Shown: piece after piece, positions 49,930 through 61,070 of the stretch | Layout: each line of letters begins with the position of its first letter | Position numbering within the stretch: the stretch's first letter is position 1 | Source: Yuukianura sp. NJ FZ-2021 | Taxonomy: Eukaryota | Assembly (NCBI GenBank): GCA_046563655.1 | Contig: CM102287.1 | Coordinates: 5,828,001-5,892,000 of the forward strand | Length of the DNA stretch: 64,000 bases | Direction of reading: 5' to 3' | Made by a program: the position numbers and the translations under genes | Notes under the pieces: model-generated | The model's database searches: none | Seen by the model: the letters and a program-made list of their open reading frames with translations, nothing else | What the model was told of the DNA's origin: nothing

Positions 49930-52900
49930 TCAGCCAAATGCTGCTGGCATCGAAGTGTTCTTCTGTTGGACACTCGCTGAAAACTCCCCCAGACTCTTGA
50001 GGAATTGAAAGCTCTGTGACAGGTACTTGTTGAACAGGTACTTCTCTTCCACTGCATTGCAAGTCACATACAGACTCCAATTGCATCGAAGCACCTAGGG
50101 AGTCAAAGGTCAAAGGTCAGAATAAGTTACAGTCACGAGGTCATAGGTCAACTCACCTCTTGGTCAAAAACTGTTCCCTGAGGACATCTGAACGTCTTCG
50201 TCAAGAATCCAGCCTCAGTTTTTGCACACAAATGAAATACCTGTTGAACAAAATTGCACAAGATGCAAAAAGTTGAAAAGATAACTTTTGAAAGGGTAAA
50301 TAGAAAACGTTGGTTAAAAATTGGCAATTTGTGAAAGGCGTTAAAGTTTGAAGTGAAAGTTAAATTTGAACTTCAGTTCATGGCATGTCATGATTAAAAA
50401 ATGACATTTATCAATCACAAAAATTTCAATTTCTCTTGCAATCGAGTCATCATTTCTCATAATGTTTTCACTTTAACATAATTCTGATTTGCGAATTAAA
50501 TTATTTGAAATGAAAAAATTCAATGCAAAAAGTACCTAATACAGTTAGGAAAACGTGCTTTATCAATAAATTCCTTTGCAGTGTGTCAATATCTCTACTT
50601 TCCCAATCGTGTTCTTAATTCACGCAGGTAAAAAGGGAGTAATTTGTATTATAGTATTTATGTTATTGTTAATTTTTAGTATTTTATTAATGAAAAACGT
50701 TTGTTTGGATTACCTTGCATGAATTAGTTGGATCACCGTAAAGCCCGGGAAAAAATTCTTGTCGTTCACACTGGAAACTTGTAAGCACGTCCTTCCCGCC
50801 CTCAAATGGAAGGACTTTCTCTCCCGGGTAGTATGATTTCGGTGCGTTCCGAACTTTTACGAACCTCAAACCTTCCGTTTTCGGCTTCTGGTAAATTTTC
50901 AAAAAAAAAAAGTTTTGAATTTTTTCAATTTTTAAAAAGAAAGCATGAAATGACAAAAATGCAGTCTTTACCGCCTGTACTTGCTCTGCCAATCCTAGGA
51001 GAGGTGAAAGGTCAACTTCAATTTGGTCTGGAACTAAGCTTTCTTCTTGTTCCGGAGCCGTTTGTTGTGGCAAATTGATTTGTGGCGCCGGTTGGACATT
51101 TTCAATTCGCTTGAGCGCAATGGCCTTCAGCGCTTGCAGCGTCGGTCCATTGAAATTCAGAATGCTGCCCAACGGCCTTGGAGTTGTTGGGGGTGGCGTT
51201 GGACTTTGAAGATGCTGGAACACTGGTATAGATGGATCTACATGGGAAATACGATGGCCCAGGACATTCGGTCCGGGTGGAATGTGGCTCAGAATGTGAC
51301 GGAAGTTGTCAATAAGTTGAGCAGTGGCTGGAGATGGAGTTGGTGGGGCCGGTGGCGGGATTTGCTCCACCTTCTCCTGCATCTTATTCAACTGAATCAG
51401 TTTTTTGAGCGTATCCATCTGAGCTGAAGTGACGTTTCTCTCTTGTAACTTTTGAATTATTCCCATTTGGGTTAGAGTGTCCAAAAGTGGATTTGGAACG
51501 GAATTGGTTGTTGGTGGGGCTGGTGGAGTCGGAGGTGGAGCCACCTTGGAAGAAATTGCATGTCTCAACATATCTTGAAATTTGGAGGAGTCATTTGGTG
51601 GTGGAGCACGGACTTGGTCATTGGTTGATGCTAGCAGTGCTAGATCTTCCATACTCAGCCCCAGAACGTCCGTGACTTTTTGAATTCCAGGAAGATTTTG
51701 AAGTTCTTTTCTTTTTTGTTCTTCGTCTGGTTTGAAATTGAAGTAGTCTATTTGAACATTGTCGTTTTCATAAGTCGGAACTTTAAGTTTCTTGACGTAG
51801 TTCACCAACGGTACGAATTTGGGCGGGATTTCGTCAAATACGATTCGAGTTGCAACAGTAGTGGTCGTAGTTGTCGTTGGTCTTGGCGTCGTTGTCGTTT
51901 TAGCGGTTGTAGTAGTCGTTGGAATGGTTGGTCGGAACTGATCGGGAATTTCCGGAACGACCTTGACAATTCCGGCCACATCACCCCCATATTTCTCGTT
52001 GACAACTGAATGCAAAACGTGCGTTTTAGCTTTAGTCAGCGTCTGTAATGCTTTCATGATCATTTCTCTTTCATCCGGAGGTTTCGTTGTCACTGGCTTC
52101 GGCGTTGTAGTTGTAGAAGTCGTGGTGGTTGTGGAAGTTGTTGTAGGTGGATGTGTGATTGGGACTATTTGGGGTGGTGGAGCCGGAGGTGGAGTCATAT
52201 TCATTTGAATAACTCGAATTTGAGGTTGATTCGGTGGGCCCATGGGGAAATGGTGGCCAGGACCCACGGGTGGGCCCATTCCAGAATGATGCGGCGGGGG
52301 TGGGCCTTGATGTGGGTGGAAATGGATCCCAGAATCAGGGGGTGGAGGCCTGCCGGGTATCATGTGACGTATTGGCTTGGGGAATCCGAAAGGCTGGTTT
52401 GGTGGGGCCGGATGTGGGTGGATCAAATGCCTTGGCGGATGCTGTGGTGGATATGGAATAGGACCGTGCAATTGCGGAGCATTGTTTGGTGGAGGTGGCG
52501 GTGGAGGTGGTGGGTGATGGCGGGCCCACGGCGGTGGCTGGTCTGGCATTGGTGGCTGCGGTGGCATAGGAGACTGTCTTTGTTGAAATTGACCTTGAGC
52601 CGTAGGAGGTGGTGGTGGGGGGACAGTTAAATTTGGGGGCGGTGTTGGAACTGTAAAGGGTCCTTGTAAGTTAACTTCTATTTTTTCTGATTGAATCGGG
52701 AGTGGTGGTGGAGCTGGCGTGGGTTCGGTGTGAAGTGGATGAAGATTCCAGTCTGTTTGGATGTTGATGCCACCAGGAGGCTGCCCAGGAACAAATTCGT
52801 TCAAGTGGCTTGTGGCAAAATCTGGAGGTGGGGGTGGTGGTCCTAAGTGTTGACTTGGAAAATATTCATTTCCTTTGAGCTGTGATTGGTCCGATGGAGG

Positions 52901-55900
52901 TGAGGGTGGCAGGAGTCGTACTGATGGCGCAGGCGTTACGTTTCCCTTACGCGGGTTTTCACTCGGGCTTGAAACGGGAAGAAAGGCTGCCGCTGCCGGT
53001 TTTTTCGGATGTTTTGATTTCTTGTCACCTTTGACCTCCTGAGTTCCTGATTCCGATTCCAGTTCGGTTTCTTCTGACAGAAAAAAAAAGAAAGACAATA
53101 CATTACTTTTTTTTTTTGAAATCGGTTTCATTTTTTTTTTTATAAAATCCAATTTAATTTTTTATGTCAACGCCATTCACAAAACTTTTCGAAACACTGC
53201 ACGTCTCGAAGAATGCTAGAAAGTTGATGCAATGGTTTAGATGGATTTTTCTTATAAATTGCAAAAAAAAATGTAAGCCTAATGATTAATTATTAGTAAC
53301 GAAGCGACCCCTTATCATTAATTTTATGGTGACATTTAATCATTTGAAATGATTGCGGCTGGCATCCGAAAAATTAATTGGCTCAACGAGAGCTATACAA
53401 AAAGTCTAAATGGTTTCATGGATAAGCAAGCGCGTAAACTCTCTATGGCTTCATATTTCCCTAAATAATGTCCGACGCGGTCTAATAAAAGAAGCAACAC
53501 CCTTATATTTAGCATTGACCTTCAACAGACCTTTATCATTCTAAAGCAAGCTCTTTGAGCATTTCAGACTTCATTTACTTCGTTTCCTTCAAACCGTACG
53601 GTTCTGTGCATCCATTACTGCAAGACCTTGGAATAATTTCTAAAACTTTGCCCAACTAAACTAAAAACTCACACTTTACACCAACTGAAGCAGCGGAACT
53701 TTCAGAAAAATGGTAACTTTGACAAATCTTAAAAGCAGAACTGAAAAATATCAATTCCATTGCACATATTTTGGCTAACCCTCAATTTCAAAAACTCAAC
53801 TCATTTTTAAACATTCCAGTTGGAAATATTGAAAAGCTGCTTCAAAATTTTGAAAATTTGAAATAGGCCGAGCACGTAATAACTGGGATCATCAAAGCTG
53901 CAAAGGACGCCAAGGAAAAGACATGGGAAGGTCTTGCAGCAGAGCTCAATTGCAGTCCAATGTTTCTATGTTCTGTCGCTTTGGGTCAAAATATAATTGA
54001 CCCTGTCAGAGCTAAGAAGTTCTGTGACATTCTGGGGCTTGATGAAACTGTGTTAAAGCATATTACGAAACATCATCCTACCAAGGCCCAACAAGATTGG
54101 GACATTCTGAGGCAAGATCCAGTTCTGAACAGACTCCATGAAATCAACGTTGTTTATGGAACTGCCATTAAGGAGCTCATTCATGAGAAGTTTGGAGATG
54201 GAATTATGTCAGCCATTGACTTTGAAGTGGACGTGGAGAAGGTCGAGGACCCCAAGGGGGACCGGGTCAAGGTCATTCTCAATGGAAAGTTTCTTCCTTT
54301 TCGAAAATGGTAATCAAAAATCTACTAAAATCAAATTTCGAAACTTCGAAATTTCGAAAATTCCTTGCTTTTTCAAAAAATTCCAACTTTCTACGCATGA
54401 AGCCACAGTACGCATTAGAACTATGTATTTTTTTCTTAATTCCCAGCTACTTTACAACCATCTTAATTTCAATTGGCGTTTAAGCAGCTCAAAATAAAAA
54501 GTCTTTGCAACATTGACCTTTGACCTCAAATTTAAATATGTCAATTAATACATTATTATTATTAATTAAACTAATTATTAGTTGACTCACCTTCTGAGTA
54601 TTCCTGGGACTCGTCCTGTTCAGCCTCACTAAAAACTTTGGTAACTTTTGGACTGGAAGTGGCTGGAACCGTTGTCGTCGCTTCAGTAGTCGGTTTTGTC
54701 GTGGTTTTGACCGTCGTAGTCGTCTTTTCTGTTGTAACTTGCTTCGCCTTCCCTTTTGCCTTACTTTTTTTCACTTCCGGTTTATTTTTTGCATTGGGTT
54801 TTACATTGGTCTTAGTCATTGTTGGAGAAAGTGTTTTGTGATGAGTCTCATTCTTATTCTTCCCGTGTATTAAATTAACATTCTGCTCAACATCTTGACG
54901 TGACGTGGGGTCAGAGTCAGTGAGAGCAGCAGCAGTGGGACGCTGTGGTGGGAAAGTTGTTGAACTGATTCCACCAATTGATCCCACATAGTTTTTCCAT
55001 TCATTAAAACTAGGAGTAGAAGAATAGTAGAATTCGGTGACATCTGACCTCGGTGGTTGAGGGGTGGGTGACCTTGAGATTTCTGGGGGGGTGTAGGGGT
55101 ACTTATTACTGCTTGGCTGGAAGTTATCATTTGTAACGAAGTTGGGGTGACCTTGTTCCTCCTGCTTTTCCCAGAATCCGCGACCCGGTTCCCTGTTTCC
55201 GGTCAGAAATGTCATGGCTTTCTGGCGTAGTAAATCTCCGGTTTCAGAGGAATGGTCAAGCCTAGGTCGGTAGTTTTCAGTGCTAGAGGAATCGTCATAA
55301 CGTCCTAAACCTGACCAGTGATCAATTGGAGCAGGCAGGGGTCTTGGCCTTGAAGTTGATGAAGGCGAGTATTCATTTCTAGAAAAGTGTGCCGATGACG
55401 GGGATCGATCCCACGTCCATTCTGACTGTGGTGGAGTAGGTAGACGCGGTGTTTTTGGGTTTCCATTTTGGTTGTTGTAGAATGCCGAAAAGTAGTGGAA
55501 TGGAGTAGGATGTGGTTGGTTTTCGGCCATTTCAATTGCACTTTTGTTAAAATGAGAGTAAAAGGCGTCATTGTAGGATTTGGTTCGGTTGACCAAATTA
55601 AGTGACTCTCGACTGTCAAATCTCACATAACGTCCGTCGTCATCTACGTCGCGTCCAGGAATCCGAACTTTGCTGGAAAGGCTTTCTTCTGGATATCGAC
55701 GTTTGGACTCAAACCGCTGTGGATAGTCGTCGTTATACGGATATTCCGAATCTTTTCGGTAGTATTCGGCCGGGCTCGGTAAGAATTCGCTTCCTTCTGG
55801 CTCAAAGTCTCTGTCTCTGTAAGGAATCTGAGATGATGTTGTTGTCATAGCTGCAGCAAGAATTTCTAGTCTTCCGCGATTTGCTTCATGGTCCGGCGGA

Positions 55901-57777
55901 TAGCGTGGATCGTAGATGTCTTTCCATTTTCCACTTGTGATTAGCGGATTCTGTTCAATGGGTGTGTATGGCCTGGCACTTGGACGCGGTGTAATTTCTC
56001 GCCAAATTTCGCGGGATTCGATCAGCCTTGAACTGGGACGCGGCGTGAAATCTTTCCAAATTTCACGGGATTCGGTTGACCTTGAACCGGGACGCGGCGT
56101 GAATTCTTTCCAAATTTCGCGGGATTCGGTCAGCTTTGAACTGGGACGCGGTGTGTATTCTCTCCAAATTTCGCGAGATTCGCTAGGCCGTCTGTCAATC
56201 TCGCGGTAATAGTTATCGCCGTAGTCGGGCCGTGACGTCGTTGGTCTTGTGCGCATGACTATTGGAGGTTTGGGCTTTTCTGTTGTCGTCGGAGCTTCCG
56301 TTGTAGTAGTTGTTGTCGGGCAAGGGGTTGTTGTGCTGGGTGTAGTCGGCTTGGATGTGGTAGTTGACACTTTAGGTTTCGGTGTTACTTTTTGAGTAGT
56401 AGTGGTGACCTTGACTCTAGCTCTGGAAGTTGTAGTTTCTTGACCTCTTGATGTTTCGTCTTCTTCCAGGTCACCTTTTGGTGGTTTTGAAATTTTGAAC
56501 TTGTGCCCCTTTTTGATCAATTTTATTTTCTTGAGTCTAAGTTTTCTTAAAATTGCTTCCGTGGTAGACTCAATGTCTCCATCGTCCGGTATTTCATTTG
56601 GTTCTAGAATTTTTTTGACCTTGTCCCTAGGCGTGGTTGAAGTAAAATGAATATCAGGAAAAAGATTTGTGTCATACCCGGTAACGGATGAAGATTCGGC
56701 TGCTTCGTGTTCCGTCGGAACCGAATTTTCCGATACTTGAAACTTTGTTCCGAAATTAACCGAATTTTCAAGTAACTGAAGTCCGTAAGGCTTTTTCCGA
56801 CTTTCTTCTTTTTTCTTTTGCTTTTCAGCGCGAAGTTTCAAGGCTTTTATGACCGTTTCAATTTGAGATTCCGTTTCATCCGATGAAGATGTTTCTTCCA
56901 GAAGCGGTCCCAGTTCTGGCATAGGAGAAAACCCGGGTAACTTGCCCGGGCGTTTTTGAAATTCACTGATTCCGGGATGCGGTACTTGAGGTACCATCAT
57001 TGGTTGCGGAGGTACCTGGAACTGAGGGTGGTGCATTGATGGTAAAGCGTAGTGAGGCATATGAGGATACTGCTGAGGGTACACTGGTCCAGAGGTACCA
57101 GGGATTGGGTACTGCTGAGGGTACACTGGTCGGGAGGTACCAGGGATTGGGTACTGCGGAGGATGAGCATGCGTAACGGGCATTCTCATTGGTGGAAACG
57201 ACTGTGGCTGCGGTACCATTCCTGGAAACGGTGCCATTCTATGGGGCGGTGGGACTCCAAGGGTGGGGCCTTTCCGTTTGATAATAGAAGGCCACTTCCA
57301 GGAATTCCACAAACTTGCTCTCTTTTGCAAAGTGTCGCTTTCATGCTGGTAGTGTTGCCCTTGGCTCTGTGCTATGTTACTGTACTGGCCATACTGCTGG
57401 ATTGGTACCGACGGACGCTGCTGCGCTTGGGCATACTGCTGCTGCTGACGATACTGGTTTTGTTTCTGTTTGGATTCCGTATTGGTCAAAGAGTCCTTGA
57501 ATCCATCTTCATCTCCAATTGTAAACCCAGCACCAGCCCAGCCCTTAAGTCCCCCCAAACTGCGCATACGCAACAATCCAGATTGTTTGAATCCACATGC
57601 CAGCCGAAACCCACCCCCACCTTGCCAAACACAAATTCCATGCACTTGGTCCACCACAAACAACACTAGAACAAAACACAAAGTCCGTGAACACTGAAAA
57701 TTTGTCCAAAATTTACTGGAAAGGCCCGTTCGATGACCTCGGATGATCATTCTGCTGACCTTTGACCCGAAGATCAT
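49930..57777 (-). CDS. Very large secreted Pro/Thr-rich mucin-like protein with a C-terminal chitin-binding (ChtBD2/CBM14) domain; exons about 57777-54591, 53073-50972, 50887-50714, 50240-50157, 50094-49930
   Basis: The 1068-aa ORF has a signal-like segment and ends at a GAAG|GTGAGT donor (54590). This joins in phase 1 to the TCAG acceptor (53074) of the 821-aa ORF. The last exons give [26 protein letters not shown]...[24 protein letters not shown] (six Cys). Confidence 0.78.
53710..54313 (+). CDS. cynS: Cyanase (cyanate hydratase), 150 aa; exon 1 is ATG only (53710-53712), exon 2 is 53867-54313
   Basis: [36 protein letters not shown]...[15 protein letters not shown] is the cyanase C-terminal signature. 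The frame is open back to the AG at 53866, and ATG|GTAACT lies upstream. Confidence 0.92.
55960..56190 (-). repeat. Coding tandem repeat, 60 bp (20 aa, ESREIWxxxTPRPxSxxx) about 4 copies
   Basis: Visible in both the DNA and the 1068-aa translation. Confidence 0.85.
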
Positions 57778-60527
57778 GAATTTGACTACTGACCATGCGC
57801 AGAATTGAGAAGAGAACTGAACAGCTTCTACTACACTTTCCTGTGCGTTGTGGCCAGAGAACTCCGCTGGTCCATTCTCAAGGGCTGATGACCTTTGACC
57901 CCAAAATTTTTAAGCCACCTTAATATGATCCAACCTTTGACGAGTTTTGGTGGAATTGGTTTGGATTTCAACCCGTTTCACCTGCTCAAGTCTCAGAAAC
58001 CTACTGACCGTTATTTGAGCCTTGTTTCATCTTCCTAAGGAGCTGCCAACCAAAAACCATCTTCGTCATCATCATTTTTTGGCCGGTTCATCTTCTTAAA
58101 CCACGAAGAAGTCAGGAGATGAGGTGAAGTTTTTGGCCATTCAAACCAACAATCCAACAACAATTGCTCCCTTACAATTTTCTCGCTGTTTTTTATTTGC
58201 CTTCATAAAGGTATGAATACTTTAAAAAAACTGAATTACTTCTCTTTTGTCGCCGTTTAACTAACGAAGCGACAAACTTCGACAATTTCGGACAGCCCTT
58301 TGGACAAAGAGGGCCCTTAGGAAGTGACTTGCAATTTTAGTTGCAAATTGCAACTTACAATTAACCTAACCTCGAAACACGTCCAAATCTTTACTCTGGA
58401 TCAAACTAACTTCAGCTTCGACTCAAAAACTAATTTTAATTTTTTGTCCAATTGAAACCTGGCTTTTTAAAAATTTTTGACGAGTCAATCCAATTACAAT
58501 TTCAAAACTTGATCTATCTAAACTGTAATTCGGTCAAACTTTGTCAAACAAGTTTGCACTTTGGTGCAAAGTGACAAAAAAGTCATAAACTTCGTAATCA
58601 GTTTGTTGACTTCAACTTGCACATTCTTCGCATCCAAAAATTTGCATTTACATCTTGCAGATTTGAGAATTTGACGCTACCTTTGCTTCTATTACATTTG
58701 TTCTAATGTGAATTACGAAATATTTTCGTATTTTTTGTGTTTGCGAATTACTGCAAGGCTTAAACCGGCTCTTCTTTTCCCGAATTCCTTTAAAATTTCT
58801 GATGTTTTAAATTGTTTCCTGCTGTATACTTTTTGAAGTCATTTTTTGGGGTTAAGATGCTCGAGATGACGTGAAATGTAAGTTTTTTTAACGTTTCCTT
58901 TCGTAACCATCTCTCTCCCAGGATTTTTTGTTTTTAAATTTTTCGAAATAATCCCAATTTTTTTGAAATGTATTGGTTTTGTTTAGTGTAGCCTTCGGGA
59001 TTTTGACCCAGTTGAAAACATGTTTCCGAGTGGATTCCCTCCCTGAATACATAATAATTACTTGGTCTCATCTGGGTTACATAACTAGGTAACCTCTTAC
59101 CAGAGCCAGTCTCTCTCCCTTGGCTAATCATGAATCATGACTCAAGTTCAAACGAAGGAATTGACATGATCTTGGTCATGTTCATTGAAAATTCGTTAAC
59201 TTTAACACTACTGCGCATGTGCATGGGTTTCGAGGGGGTAAGTGTGTAGGTCCATGCGTAAAGTTTTCATCCCTCATCCCTCACCTTTCTCTCCGCTTCC
59301 GTAATTTTTCATTTTCTCAAAAAAATGATGTATTGTTTTTTAAAACGTAAAGTACTGTAAGATCCACTTCCAAAAATCCACGATTGCGTGAAATGGTTTT
59401 GAGAAGTTAAGAGGTAAAGCCAGACAGAACCTGGTATTGGCACACCCTCTAGGCAGTAGTCGGACACTTACGAACGGTTACTTATGGACCAATGGGCTTA
59501 CGGAAGTCACGGATGGACCAGTATGCGTTGAGACGATCCCTCTTTGACATTCTTAACTTAGGTTTTGTTAGTTTCAATGAGAGGACAGCGTAATGTGCAT
59601 AAGTACCCGTTCAGAAGTGTCCGGGAATGTTTTGGTCTTCTGTTGAGGGCTTAAGTATTACTTCAAAGGGAAATGACCTTTAATTTGTAGCTCATCTCAA
59701 GATCTCTTAACTTTTGAGTAAACTTTTTAAAACGTGGTAAAGCTTTTATTTTTTAGGCTCTTCACATAGCAGTTTAACTCATTACGTAATTTGGGCCGAA
59801 TTACTACACTTGAATTTCGCATCTTTTCCTTAACAAATTAGCTAAAGTTGTAACTTTCATCACCCCCTGGCACTACGTCCGACTAAAGCTCTGTTTCATG
59901 TCTTAACGGGACCGTTTACTTTGATGTTTCTCGGAGCTTAATTTCCGCTAAACTTTTCAATTAATTACTTGGTGATAATTAAAATTTAGTGAGAACATAA
60001 CCTAACATTACAAAAACCTTAGAAAAATTCAAATTTTCCAACCGTACTTTTATAAACTACATAGGCTATAGCAAAGTGTCATTGTCAAACCGTGTCGAAT
60101 TTGAAATTCACGGCTTGTCAATGCTGAAAATAGACATTGATTACCGATAGTCGTGCTAATCAAAAAATGAAAGTGAAAGCCCAAGACCAATTTCAAATCA
60201 CTTTATTACAATTATTGTGTTGCGCAGCGTATGTTGTCAGTTTTTTAACGGCTTGTTTTTAGAATTCTGATGCTGAATTAAGATTTTGATGAATCAAAAG
60301 GAAACAAGGGAAAGTGTCAGTTTTTTTTCAACTGTGTCAACCGTGACACGACTTCGTATTAATCCAGTTAACAAAAAACCGACACTGCATCAGTTCAAAA
60401 ATACACACGCTCAAAAAATTTTTAATTTGCTCAATGTAAAAATTTTTACATTTTTAATTTTATTCTGATAAGGTAAAAGTTTTACCGTAAAAAACTTGTT
60501 GAGTTTTAGAGAAGTTTTGGTTGCAGC

Positions 60528-60893
60528 TTAAAAGAAATGGCGCATACGGGGGAGTTTAGCCTTGGCACGGTCAAGAATGCGCTGAGCTTCGCGGATTTCG
60601 GCTTCCCGTTGATCCACCTCGCGATTAAAAGCTCTGATGTATGGGGCTCTCTGTTCCTGCGTCATTGCCGACCAGACATCAGATGCGCGACGCTGTAGTG
60701 TTCCAGTCCCAGCTCTTGGAGGGTTTTCCCCGACTGCAGCGAACTGACCTTCCGACTAAAAAGAAAAGTGGTGAGTCAAAGTAAACAACACGCGCAATGT
60801 AGATTTTTTGTATATAAGTTTTACTTCGCTGAATTGTTCAAGAAATCGCTGGTAGGGTGAGCGGATTTGCTCGAGCAGGTAGTCGTAGGCCAT
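60528..60893 (-). CDS. Small HMG-box-like protein, 98 aa (exons 60893-60825, 60755-60528), absent from the ORF track
   Basis: MAYDYLLEQIRSPYQRFLEQFSE|SEGQF...LQRRASDVWSAMTQEQRAPYIRAFNRE...RMRHFF*. Phase-0 GT-AG intron. Shows the HMG helix pattern (SPYxxF; W-x2-MT-x-EQR-x-PY). Confidence 0.7.
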
Positions 60894-61056
60894 GATCGAT
60901 CACAAGAAAATCAAAATGGTCGACAGAAAGTGAAAGATGGGAAATTCAAGTGTGGTGTGGTCCAAATTACGTAATGAGTTAATTTTATTAAAGGTTTCAA
61001 GCTTTTAGTTCACATTCCTCGAATTTGCAACAAAGATTGATTCCTCAGGTTTCGCC

Positions 61057-61070
61057 GTTCCCTTGGTAAC
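61057..61070. promoter_or_regulatory. RFX X-box-like motif upstream of the small HMG-box gene
   Basis: GTTCCCTTGGTAAC matches GTTNCC-N2-RGYAAC and sits inside a longer imperfect palindrome (61053-61074), about 165 bp upstream of the ATG. Confidence 0.5.
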
